Below, piece by piece: positions 36,112-48,515 of a stretch of 64,000 nucleotides of DNA. The notes under the pieces are model-generated. The model worked only from the letters and a program-made list of their open reading frames with translations, did not search any database and had not been told where the DNA came from. Origin of the DNA: Rhizophagus irregularis (Eukaryota); assembly GCF_026210795.1 (NCBI RefSeq), contig NC_089430.1:1550001-1614000 (forward strand), written 5' to 3'. Position 1 is the stretch's first letter; each line of letters opens with the position of its first letter. Made by a program: the position numbers and the translations under genes.

Positions 36112-39100
36112 TAGCATGGTTAAAAATCGTGATTATTGGTTGATTTAGAGTAGCACAAAATCAATTGAATTATGACTATGTAATGATCGGCATTTATATT
36201 GCTATTTTACTTTATAAAATAAGGTACGAAGAGTGTATTTACAAAATTTTGATACGTGTTACTAAGAAATGTCGCGTGTGTTTAATAGAGGATAAAAAAG
36301 GTTTTTTTAAAGATCCCAAAAGTACTTTTTAAGATCCCAAACTTTTATTAATACAAATGATAAACGGTAGACCTCGTAAAAATAAAGGACCGTGTGTAAT
36401 ATGTGGTAAAGAAAATGACAACGAAAAGTTCAGGCAGTTAACACCAAGTTTGTTTCAAAAAGCCTTAAAAAGTCCTGGATTTCAAGATTTAGACGTAAAC
36501 CTTAAGTTATATGATCAGCTTTGCGGAAGACATTACAATAAATTGGTTGTATTTGATAGGAATACTTCAAAATCAAGTAGAAAACCTATGCATGAAGTTG
36601 ATTTATCGTATAATGAAAGTGGGAATAAAGCAAAACGGGTTTGTTTATCACAAGAAACCTATGAAAATTTATTAAATAGTGCCTCAAGTGTACCACAACT
36701 TGAACAAGAAATATTAGAACTAAAGGAAAAAGTGAACGACTACATGTGTGATCTTGAGCAAATTAATATTTGATTATTATGCCTAACGTGTTTGATATAT
36801 TTATAATTAACTAATTATATTTACCAAAAGAATCCAGACAATTCTCTGAGTATTTTAATGATCAAATGGCACGAATGACAAAAGTTCTTTATCAAGAAGG
36901 AAATTTTCCAAAGCTAAATGCTGCAGATTTTGTTAAATTAATTGAAAATCATGATCCAAATCTTCAAGGATTTTTTGACACTTTATACAATGCAATGAAT
37001 CCTAAAGGAAAAAATAAGAGGACTCAGGAATGCTTAAAACAAAAAATTATGCTACTTTGCTATCAAATGGCAGGACTACGAAATAAACAAGTAAGCGGTG
37101 CAAAAACTGCAGTTGGATTGTTTTTTGTGAAGTCTGGAGCATCTGCCCATTGTGTAAATACGGCGGCTAATATGGGACTATGTGCAATATACCAAACAGC
37201 CTTTAACAAACTTGGCAAAATAGAAGAAATCATAATTTAAGTGTACGATCATATTCAAACTTTTGTAAGTTAAATTTTGATAAGTTTTATTTGTTTTGAT
37301 TTTAAAATACATACTAAATCAATCTTCAGTCCAACAACCTTTTAATTGCATGTATAGATGATTATCACAATCTCCATGGAACCTGTATTCCATCGGTAAA
37401 TTCTACTTCACAAATATCTCATATGGCGACTATTTTATTTAATACGACCCAAGCTCCACCTATTCCTTATTATACTGATTATCATTTAGCCATTCACAAT
37501 CCCTGCGGTGTTGATGCTTCAATTTTAAGGAACGTTTGTCAAGAATTTATGCTAACATTGGCTAAAAGTTACAATTCAGAAAAATCAAGTTGGAACTGGG
37601 CATCAGACCTTGTAGTAGTAGATGAGACAGAGATTATCGAAAGGTTGACAATTCACTCATACGATTCTGACATTTCTGAAAAGTATCAACGAAAATTTAA
37701 TCAAACAAAACTAGTGGATTGTATTGAATTGGATTTAAAAAATACAAAAAATTACATACAAGCCGCTAATACTTTTCTAAGGTTTGTAATTTAATATTGT
37801 TATTGGAAGGTTCATTTAATAATAAACTAATATATTGCTTCATAAGATTGCCGGAAACCAAGGAATATCTTAAAATGTTTGTCATTCCTTTTCCAGCAGA
37901 TTTTCCGGGTCAGCTGTTTATAAGAAGAGCCGTTACAAAAAGATTGAAAATGGAAGCAGGAACTGAACCTGAACCCGAATTGGAATCATCCATTCCAAAG
38001 GAAATTATGCATCTAGTTCCTTTTTTAGGTCCCCTCCACGTTTCACTTAACACACGAGAATCGGTTATGATTATATTTCACTCTTTTTTTGATTATATGT
38101 ACAAAATAGTCTTCAATAAAAAACAAAAACTTGCAGCAAAACCTAAGCCATGGCGCATTAATCTGCTATTATACTTGGCTCATGAAGGCCGGTTATTAAT
38201 TAAAAATTGTGTATTAAAAAGATTTGCCATGTCTAAAGATATTTCGTATGTTACATTTCTTGATCTTCTAGATAATTTAGTGCCCTCAACCCTAGACATA
38301 TATTCAAACTTATTTCGAAGCAATTATTTGGAAGAATATATTAGTACAATATTTCGGTTGTGGACTATTATGCGACGATTTCAGTGGCATAATTATGACA
38401 AAATTATGCTAGCTTTTTTGTCAGATATTCACTATTGGAAAAAAATAAATCACCCAATAATCCATACCTTAAAAACGCATTTAAATACTTTTGATGAATA
38501 TCCTGTAGAGAATTATCATAGCATATTACGTCGTCATACAAATGCAAAAGTATCTACAGGCAAATCTTTAAGGCGAGATGCATTATTTCTTGATCATTGT
38601 CGTCATGAAAACTTATTTGTAAAATCATTTGAGCCAACACGAGATTATCCTTATACCAAAAAGGATCTTGATAATTTAGTAAAGCTGACGGCTATTTTTC
38701 ACTTGGATTTTTTTGATAACTTATGGAAAAATCCTGGACGCACAGAATTAAAAAAGGAAGGAAAAAAAATAAAAAAAGATTTTTATTACTTTCCTGGTAT
38801 TAAATCACAATTTTCCTCAAAAGCTTTGCCATTAGGATATCATTCAAAAAAATGGCCATCAGCTAATAAATTATGTGATCGTTTGGAATGCACAGATCCA
38901 TCATGGATTGATGGTATGGTGTTAAATTGTGGACATGGGTATCATGAAACATGTTTTCGAACTTTAGGCTTAAAATGTCCACATTGTTTTAAATATCTTT
39001 CTGATTCAATTGATGAATTATCACAATCTTATAACCAAAGGTTGCAAATGGACGAAGATATTAAAAAATGGGCAGATTGTGAAAGTGAAAATCATGAATC

Positions 39101-39617
39101 ATGACGATAATAATGAGTTAGAAAATGATGAAAATCTAAATATAAGAAAGCAAGCTGAAATAGATGAAGCATTAAAGAGAAGGATACTTGGTATGTTTAA
39201 TTCATTTTTATTCAATTATAATTAAATATCTCAATTATTTACAAAATTAACAGAATTTATCGAAAATTGTGCATCGGGCTGAGTGAATTGAATAAGTTGT
39301 TACCAAATATAATTTACAAAGGATATTATCTACTAGGATGTTATAAAATGTTTTGGATATTTGTATACTATACTTTAGGTTTTAAAAACATTATCAATAT
39401 ATTAATAGTTATATTAATACAGTTACTAATACAATACAGAATTTTTTTTTTCGTCGCAAGACTTTGTATTACAATAAATTTATTGGTCAATAACTCAAAG
39501 TTATCACGTGTATAAACCATTTCGATTTTAGCCAATAAATTTATGTTTAATTTAATTGGTTAATTAATGTTGATCATCACGTGAAATCAAACCAATAAAC
39601 AGATTTTTAACCAAGCT
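36112..39617 (+). mobile_element. ~3.5-kb DNA transposon with imperfect TIRs
   Basis: Left end TAGCATGGTTAAAAATCGTGATTATTGGTTGATTT; reverse complement of right end GAGCTTGGTTAAAAATCTGTTTATTGGTTTGATTT. It interrupts the conserved gene-family flank at ..CGCGAAATCATTTT. No TSD identified. Confidence 0.65.
36357..39190 (+). pseudogene. Putative DDE transposase (Academ-like, inferred) with THAP-like N-terminus and RING-H2-like C-terminus; frameshifted
   Basis: N-terminal CVIC..LCGRHY (C2CH). Candidate catalytic motifs IDDYHN, PADFPGQ, LGPLH and DEYPVENYHS. C-terminal C..C..CGHGYHETC..CPHC. Introns present; frameshift near 37230 and a 7-bp AATCATG duplication near 39090-39103. Confidence 0.6.
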
Positions 39618-39622
39618 CGGTT

Positions 39623-39708
39623 ATGGTGGTACGCATATTTGTAATAGTTTTGGTGTACCACTCTTCTAGTAATAAAATAAATAAAATAAATAAATGGTGG
39701 TACGCATA
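39623..39708 (+). mobile_element. 56-bp retroposed insertion with A-rich tail and 15-bp TSD
   Basis: ATGGTGGTACGCATA at 39623-39637 and 39694-39708 flanks TTTGTAATAGTTTTGGTGTACCACTCTTCTAGT followed by an (AATAA)n tail. Confidence 0.85.
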
Positions 39709-39954
39709 CCCCTTAAACCTAAAATTATTTAAGTATAAAGTCCTACGTTGTATTAACTTTACGTAATAATATTGATTGTATTTTTTCTTATTGAGACGCT
39801 TCGGAAATACATGTGCAATTCATTGAGACTTTATGCATAAATGTAACAATATTTAGGTATACATTGCCTATAAATACACAACAAAATAAGTTAAAATATT
39901 CATCTCACAAATTCGCCACACGAATTCGCTAGGAAAAATTATCAAAGAATTAAA

Positions 39955-41082
39955 ATGCAAAGAGTTCATGATTTTATCATGTTCAAGAATGGGATTAACC
40001 ACAATACTATTAAGAAGAAAGCTAGTGGGATATCAAACCTTTTGAATTTTATCATTTGGAATATTATGTTCTTTTCACTATTTCCACTTGCTTCAGCATC
40101 AATTGCATCATTTGTTGACACAAATTATGTGTCACATACAGATTTGTATGATGCAATTCTCAACACATTTTTTCCAATCTTTTTTGTGATTTTTCTAAAT
40201 GCTTCAGGTAAAGATGGGTCCATCAAAAATATAGTATTACCATTACTAGATGATGTATTGTATAATATGATCACTTGGGTGATTCCACTTGTAGTTTCTT
40301 TTGCCTATGATGACTTGATGAACATAAAAATATTTTCAATCATAAACATGTGTTTACATGTGTTTTGTGCAGTATTTGCAATAATTAAATGGAAAAGAAT
40401 TAATTATAATGATGATTATAATGATGATTTATTTCTCTCAATTATTTTATTCTTGATAATTTTTCCAGTTCTAGTTATTCCAATATTCTGGATAATTATC
40501 ATCACACATAAACATACTTTTGATTCAATTCCAATAATATTTCTTATATTATTCGGAATATGCTTAGTTTCTTTTGTGTTAATAATAATTACACTTATAA
40601 CTCAAGACTTGAAAGACATGACACGGAGAATAATATATACATTATTTATTATATGTTTTTATGTTCCAAATATTCTTCAGACATTATTGATTACATTATT
40701 TTGGCCAATCAATTTTTACTTTGTTAAAGCATGCGTATTTGTACTGATTCTATCATTAACAAGAAATGTGTCCTACTTTGCTGATAAGGTACCTGGTAAC
40801 TTTCTGGCTACTTCAACAACATTGACTCAATGTGGAATTAGGTCTACTCTAAAAGGAAATAAGAAAGCTATCTTAAAAGTGACACAAATATCAATAGAAG
40901 AAATGCACGAAAAGCAGGAAACAATGCAGACGAAAATTGACGAAATTGACAAGATGCAGACAACAATGCAGAAAACAACGCAGACAACAATTGATGATAT
41001 GCAAAAAACAATGCAGGCTAAAATAGATGAAATACAGAAGATAATGAATGAAATAAAAACATCAGTGGAAGAGACAAAATAA
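39955..41082 (+). CDS. Uncharacterised multi-pass membrane protein (signal-like segment + ~7 TM) with C-terminal coiled coil
   Basis: Intronless 375-aa ORF. Hydrophobic segment ending PLASA, then seven hydrophobic stretches, then an MQTKIDE-type repeat tail. Paralogues at 35156, 47307 and 53447. Confidence 0.85.
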   Translation: MQRVHDFIMFKNGINHNTIKKKASGISNLLNFIIWNIMFFSLFPLASASIASFVDTNYVSHTDLYDAILNTFFPIFFVIFLNASGKDGSIKNIVLPLLDDVLYNMITWVIPLVVSFAYDDLMNIKIFSIINMCLHVFCAVFAIIKWKRINYNDDYNDDLFLSIILFLIIFPVLVIPIFWIIIITHKHTFDSIPIIFLILFGICLVSFVLIIITLITQDLKDMTRRIIYTLFIICFYVPNILQTLLITLFWPINFYFVKACVFVLILSLTRNVSYFADKVPGNFLATSTTLTQCGIRSTLKGNKKAILKVTQISIEEMHEKQETMQTKIDEIDKMQTTMQKTTQTTIDDMQKTMQAKIDEIQKIMNEIKTSVEETK

Positions 41083-42829
41083 AATGTAACCAAAGGAATA
41101 ATGCGGAAAACTATCCTTATTAAAATTTTTAGTTTATTTATTTTTTTTTTTTAGTTAAATTAGTTTAAATTTAAAACAATATTTTTCACAATTAGTATCC
41201 ATTAATATGTTGATTAAATATACCTTATATTATTATATTGATTTCTGACTTTCATAAATTATTTAAATAAATAAATTATTTTTTTAAAAAATCAAATAAA
41301 AGAATAATGCATTATAATTTTTTTTTAAAAAAAATGATTATAATTAAAAATTTATTTATTCCAGGGAAACACGCAATCATTTTATGTTCTAATTACTCAA
41401 TCTATCAATTTTCATTTCTATTCTATACTATGATAACGTTAATAATAAATAAAAGAGCGAAAAATATATCTGCCAAAATTTCATGATTCTTTCCATATAT
41501 TTCACAAAGTATTTTTTATCGGATATAAATTTAAATTTATTGATTAATTATAATAATATGATATTAATAATAAATTAATTTATTAAATAAAAGCATAAAA
41601 ATAATAATAGTTCATTTAAAGATGGATAATCACTAATTTTAAAGAAATTTTAAACATTCAAAAGCAACTATTTAAATTTTTATCAAATTTATTAAAATTT
41701 TTAATATCATATATACAAAAAAAAAATAAACATGTTAAAAATATGGAAAATATTTTATTCATTTAAACTTGGAGAAAAGAATCCCAAAAAGCTTGTACAA
41801 TAATGTGTTTAATATGGTCTTTAATTAATTTGACAATTAATTTTTAATTTTCTCATTTATTATTAATATATTCAAAACTAACAAAAAAATTAAGTCATGG
41901 TAAAATTAACAGGTTTTCTAATGAAAGCCTTCAATAATTCTTTAGCAAAATTGTCCAAGTTAGAAACAATATCAGCATAACTAAACTGAACTCGTATCAA
42001 AGAATATCTTGAAGCCCATAATACCACATGATACAAACCATGAGACCAAATACTTCTTCAAGATAATGTAAAAAGCTGTAGCTACAAAATTGAATTAAAA
42101 AAACATTAGTAACATTAGTAGTAAATATATAATTAAAAAAATTCAGTCACGTTTAAATTACCTTCTATATAAATAATTTGTAGTGTATCAATATAAAGGA
42201 GTGCACATTCCGATAGGCTAATCCCAATTCCGGTTAATGTATTTTGATCGGAATATTTTTTTTTTATCATTCTTTTCAATATTTTTAACCTTTTCTTTTT
42301 TCGGGTTGGTTTATTTTCAAACCTGAATATATTTTTTTCCGTTTTCTTTTTTGGTTTAATTTTTTATTAAACTGAAAAATTTTTCATTCATCATTTAGGT
42401 TTGTGCAAAACCATGGTAGGCGGCTTTTTTCCATTTCTTTATTTCTTTATTTATAAATTTCTAAAAAAAAGATCAAAAGAATTGAATGACTGCATATTAA
42501 GCTTAATGCCTTAATACCTTTTAGGATTTCAAAAAGGACTTCTCTTTGACAATATTTCAACTGTTTATACAATATATTGATTTTGCAAATAACACTCAAA
42601 ATAAAAACAAAAATATAAATCGTCCAGGCATAATGTTTATAGAGTTATTATAAATTAATTAATATTTAGGTATTACTAACAGTCACCCATTGCTTCACAC
42701 CGGGACCAATGAGTTTGTTTAAATAGAACAATTTAGTATTATAATGTAATACTAAGTAAATTAAATATGGTTACAGTAGTTTTTTGTTTATAATTAGAAA
42801 TTTAATATGGTAATAATTAGTTAACAAAA

Positions 42830-43440
42830 AATAATAAAATAAATGTATTAAATTATATTAGAATGATACAAATTATATTTACAATAATGTAGCTAATTAT
42901 GTTAATGATTTGACATTTAAGTGTAGAATGAAAAATTCGGATTAATTGGGAATTGTGAAAAAATAATTATAAATAAAAATTGATTAATTTTTTAGAATAT
43001 TATGAAATATTACAAATATTTTTATTAATTAATTATAAATTTTATACATAATTATTTCTTAATTATTTTATATTACGTCAATTTTAAACTTATAATCAAC
43101 TTAGGAAAAATATTTGAACAATTAAATGTATTAGAATTTGTTCATTTCATTTATTATTATTCAGTTCTTTTGATACTCATTTTATTCGATAAATTATTAA
43201 TTTAACTAAACCATTTGAATTAAAAATTTTTATTTAAAAATCTGGTGATTATTTAGAGAATTTTGGATATGGATTTGGTTATAATAGTTTATTATTAAAT
43301 CAACAATTTCTTCAATTAATTAATTATAAAAATATCAATTTTTTGATTTATATGAATTTAAAAATCAGACTATTTATTCAGCGCTCAATTTAATTGAAAA
43401 TCTTAATCATCATCTTTCTATCAATGTCGGTCAATTTTCC
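42830..43440 (+). pseudogene. Decayed F-box/LRR-like family fragment
   Basis: Broken frames give FEQLNVLEFVHF, IINLTKPFELK and KSGDYLENFGYGFGYNS, motifs I recognise from the Glomeromycota LRR-like family. Multiple stops and frameshifts. Confidence 0.6.
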
Positions 43441-45099
43441 TATATGTTATATTGATTTTTTTTTTAAAAAAAAAATAATTTTGTAAATATAATTATTTAA
43501 TATAATATTTTATTTCTTTATTTAATAATAACAGATAAGAAAAAATTGAAAGAATAAGAAAAAAAATTAAACCTAAACGGGAAAAGAATGAGAAAAAAAC
43601 AAATTTTTCGGTTTGAAAAAAACTAAACCAAAAGAAGAAAGGGAGAAATTTTTTTTCGGTTTGAAAAAAAAACGAAAAATTTAAAATTAATAATCAAAAA
43701 AAAATTCTGATTAAGGTAAAATTTCATTAACTGAAATTGTATTAGTTGATTAAAATGTACACGGATCGAATAAATAGATTAGGTAGAGGGTTTTAATTAT
43801 ATGGTATGGGATTTCAAAGTTACAATTCAAATTATATATGCAGAGACTAATCCAAACGTCAGACAAATTTTTTTTAATTATATAGTTTTTTTAGTTATAT
43901 AGATTTATCAAAAAATTTATTATAGGTTTAATAATTAAAAACAATCTCGCTAAAAAAAATTCGTTAATATCGAAAAAAAAAATTTCACTCAAATTTATTA
44001 GTCAGAAATAATATTGAAAAAAAACAATCTCAATAAACAAAAAAAGTTCTCACTAAATCAAAAAATTCTCACTAAAAAAAAAATTTCACACGAATTTATT
44101 AGTCAGAAACAATATCAATGACTAAAAAATCTCTCTAAATATAGAAAAAGCCGTAGGACATAGTTCTAATCTGATTGATCTGATTATAGTCTTGACCCAA
44201 ACCAAAAAAAAAAAAGAATAAACAATATTTTTTTGGGTTAAAAAAAAATTCCAAAAATTTTGATAAATTCCGATTAAAAAAAAATCCCTAAAAAAAATCC
44301 AAAAAAAGAATAAGAAAAAATTTTGGTTAACCAAAAGAAACAATAATAATAAAAAGAGGGATAAAAAAATCAATAAAAAAAAAGACTAAAAAGGTAGTTT
44401 CGGTTTTTACTGAAAAACAAAAAAAATTATTATTATAGAAATGGTTAGTCGTGGTAACTAAGAGAGCGGAAATGACCACAAATAAAATGCAATTAATAAG
44501 AAAAATTATACTTTTTTTTTGTTAGTATTAATTCATCAGAATAAAGAAAAGTCCAGTTAAAATTTTTATTAACCGGAAATGTATTAGTTTAAAGATTGGT
44601 TATCGTAGTCAGTAATAAATACGAAATAGATCGAACGTAAGAATATCACACTTTCAATATTACACAATTCAAATTATTTATACAGGGTAATCTAAATATG
44701 ACGATATTTTAATTAGATAGATTTTTATTTTATCTGTATAATAATGTTCATATTATTTCTGAACTCATCAAAAAAAGATAATTTGCGTAGGGCTTTTATA
44801 TATTCATTTATACATATTTTATGTATAAATGATTTTGAGGCTAAAGTATGTACAGTATATTTTCAATATGGAAATTAAATTTTATTCTAAATAGCTGCAT
44901 TTTCAATAATGAATTTGGATCTTATCCATTGAGTATCGATAATTTTTATTATTGATGATATCACAATTATGATAAATCTAGAGAACCGACACCAAGGAAG
45001 AGAGAAAAAATGAGATGTAATCAACTAGTTAGTAAGCGAACAAATGTTATATAAAAGGAGTTCAAACATAAACTAATAGTCCGCATTTTTCTTTTATCT

Positions 45100-46840
45100 A
45101 ATGATACTACACGTAAATACTGTCAGATGCAGAACGATACATATTATTAAGGGTCCGTTATTGTTTTTGTAGTGTGGGAATTTGAATTATTCACGCGCCA
45201 GAGTCGGCGGATAGATGACTGTGTCTACCGATTCAGCGGCAGAGATATCAGATATATCACTCATGGTGGTATTAGAATCGTTGTCCGGAGGAGGTGTGCG
45301 TCTTAAAAATACGTCCGGGCGTTGATGATCGCTTGATCTTTTTTGGAGATAACATATTTAGTGTGAGCGCTTGCTTTTGTAACGTCTTATATGATAAGTA
45401 GCGGTTGTTGTTGTAAATAGCGTCGTCGCATATTGATTGCTCGTCTATATCCGTAACTGTATCGTAGGATGAAACGTCGTCTAACCTTGTATTCAAAAAG
45501 ATTAATGTTATAAGTGTCACGATGGTAGATTCGTAGGTCGCCAGGTGTACCTCGTGGTACTGGAGGAAGAAGTTACTTTTTCTTGTTACGTTTTCTTTCT
45601 ATTACGTCTTATCCAATTCTTTTCACGCCGTCTTTCTTTGATGTCATTAGCAAAGGTGCTTTCTCCAATCTGAACGTAAAAGTTTCTGAGTTTTAAAAGC
45701 TTGCGTGGGACATGGTGCATTTGTTTGATGACTATAGGTTGGGCACTTCCGAAGTACGTGTATGTAAAATAAAAGGTTTGTTGGTGTTGGTATTAGATTC
45801 GTGTTTAATAATACTTTTTGTTAAACGGTTCCATCGGGTGGTCTATCGGGTAAAACGTATGGCGTTGAAACGCAGATGGGAATATTCTTTGTAGTAAACG
45901 CGTCTAGTTCGTACGTGTTCATTGTGGTTAAAAATGTTCATGTGACGGTTGTTGGTGTCTTTATGTTGTGTCTGCTCGTATTTTTTGATGTTCACAGTGT
46001 AACTAATTCCTAAGCGATTGGAGTAAATGTCTTTTTTCTTGTCTTTATAAAGTAAATGTCTAGTGGTCGATACATTCAGTTTTTCAGTTGATTCGGCATA
46101 TTGGAGTTGAGTTGTTTCGTTACTTGTCGTTACTTGATCTTTATAAAAGCGTGCATCACTGGCCATACTCGAACCAATGAGTTTTAATGTTTTGGAATTA
46201 TTTATATGTTCTCCACATCTTTAACGGCCGTTTGACATGACGAAGGTGACGGGTAGTTCACATTTTATGCCGCAGCGAAAATAAAATCTAAATAAATCAC
46301 GTGGGACCGGAACTGAACCGGATGAATATTTTTGTGCGTCTATTACTTATCGCATTTGATGAAAATCTTTGTTTGAGAGCAAAAAATTTTTCTTTGAGTA
46401 ACTCCCGTAATCGTTTAAAATATTTGGAAACGATTTGTGGTGAAAATTGTCGATTTAGGGAAAATACGTAAGTGAGATAATATGTCCCTATGAAGAAATT
46501 CATATTGGGTTTGTTACTTGTTGATCGGTATGTGTGGACATGCAGGTGACTATCGTGTATACTTTAAAATTATTGTAGATCGTCAAGGTAAATCATATTT
46601 TGACAAAGAGAGTAGGAAATATCTGTCTTTTTGGGTATGATACAGCGTGCCACTCCCGTTTTGTAAGGGCAGGTTTTCTGTGGCGGAGGAAAATTATACG
46701 TTTCGCAAGACGAAAAACAGCTTAGCAGGTCAGTATTAGGAGCGAGGGTGTCTTTAGTCATGATATATTTTTGAGGAGACTTCGTATATCTGTTGGGGAA
46801 GAAAAGGTGGTACTGTGGCGTCAGACCAGGTGGAGATACA
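45100..46840 (-). mobile_element. Decayed GC-richer repetitive element / multicopy hypothetical ORF
   Basis: Collinear broken minus-strand ORFs (46761-46570, 46503-46297, 46166-45843 with YSNRLGISY..VYYKEYSH, 45520-45272). GC well above the flanks. The right edge abuts the conserved upstream flank (TTCTGCCGGAATTAT) of the membrane gene unit. Class not determined. Confidence 0.4.
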
Positions 46841-47306
46841 TTCTGCCGGAATTATTTTAATTTCACATTTGAACAATTTTCACTACTGCTAGAAAGCCAT
46901 GTGATCATGTAATATTTCTTGCAAAATATAAAAGTTTGGAAATGAAAAGCTATAATAAACTTTATTTTGTTATATTTAGTTATGATATTAAGCATTTAAA
47001 TGACTTATGTGTATATGCATGCAACGATACATAGAATGAAAACCCTAACACAAAAACATATTTTGTTTATTGTACATGATACATTAAGAAATATTTAGCC
47101 TACGAGGCGTAACATGTACTACATGCAAAATGATCGTCACAAGAGAAACTCTCTATGCTATTGCATTTAATTGTGAGACTGTATTTATATGCATGTGTGT
47201 AATGATAGTACAGACAGTACACTTTGTATATAAATACGCTATAAACAAATTTCATATTAATTCCACATATTTTGCTATACTAATTTGCAAAACGCACGAA
47301 TTCGTT

Positions 47307-48515
47307 ATGAACAATTATCGAGAAATTAAAAAGCAAAACTTTTATGACTCCATTTTTGAATTCATCATTTTCAGGAATAGGATTAAACACCATATTATTA
47401 AAAGGAAAACTAATGGGATATCAAACTTTTCGAATTTTATCATTTGGAATATTGTGTTCTTTTCGTTCATTCCACTTGCTTCAGCATCAATTGCACCATT
47501 TGTTGACATAGATTATAAATCACAAGAAGATTTGTATGATGCAATCCTTAACACATTATTTCCAATCCTTTTTGTGATTTTTCTCAATGTTTCAGGAAAT
47601 ACTGGGTCTATCAAAAATATAGTATTACCATTACTAGATGATATATTATATAATATGATTACTTGGATGATTCCATTGATAGTTTCTTTTGCCTATGATG
47701 ACTTGATGAAAATAAAGTTATTTTCAATCGCAAACATGTTTTTACATGTAATTTGTGCAGTACTTGCAATAATTAGAGCGAAAAGAGTTGAAATGGCTGT
47801 TAATAACGATCTTTTGAATTTCTTTCGTTCTATCGCTTTAGTCTTGATAATTAATCCAGTTCTAGTTATTCCAATATTTTGGATAAATATCATCACGCAT
47901 ACTAGTCATACTATCGATTCAACTTCTATAATATTTCTTACGTTATTCGGAATATGCTTAATTTCTTTTGTGTTATTACTTACTTTAATATTATTATTGT
48001 CATTTGGTAACAATATTATTGAAAAGGAAATAACAAAAATAATTTGCATATTATGTATTATATGTTTTTATGTTCCAAATATTCTTCAAACATTATTTAT
48101 TGCATTAAGCTGGCCAATCAATTTTTATTTCGTCAAAGCATGCGTGTTTATACTGATTCTATCTTTAACAAGAAATGTGTCCTACTTTACTGATAGGGTG
48201 CCAAAAGACTTTCTGGCTACTTCAACAACAATGACTCAATATATACTCAGTTTCAGTATTGCAAGAGAAATGCAAAACATCTTTAGGGGGATACAAATGT
48301 CAATGGAAGAAATGCACGAAAAGCAGGAAGAAATGCACAAAATACAGAAAACAATGCAAGCGGAAATTGACGAGATGCAGACAACAATGCAGATAAAAAT
48401 TAACGAGATGCAGACAACGATGCAGACGAAAATTGATGAGATGCAGACAACAATGCAGACGAAAATTGATGAAATACAGAAGTCAATAAACGAAAATAAA
48501 AACATAAATGGATGA
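47307..48515 (+). CDS. Multi-pass membrane protein paralogue (~7 TM + 11-residue-repeat coiled coil)
   Basis: Open ORF. An upstream in-frame ATG exists at 47130; 47307 (MNNYRE) is preferred by homology with 53447. Tail contains repeats of DEMQTTMQTKI. Confidence 0.85.
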   Translation: MNNYREIKKQNFYDSIFEFIIFRNRIKHHIIKRKTNGISNFSNFIIWNIVFFSFIPLASASIAPFVDIDYKSQEDLYDAILNTLFPILFVIFLNVSGNTGSIKNIVLPLLDDILYNMITWMIPLIVSFAYDDLMKIKLFSIANMFLHVICAVLAIIRAKRVEMAVNNDLLNFFRSIALVLIINPVLVIPIFWINIITHTSHTIDSTSIIFLTLFGICLISFVLLLTLILLLSFGNNIIEKEITKIICILCIICFYVPNILQTLFIALSWPINFYFVKACVFILILSLTRNVSYFTDRVPKDFLATSTTMTQYILSFSIAREMQNIFRGIQMSMEEMHEKQEEMHKIQKTMQAEIDEMQTTMQIKINEMQTTMQTKIDEMQTTMQTKIDEIQKSINENKNING

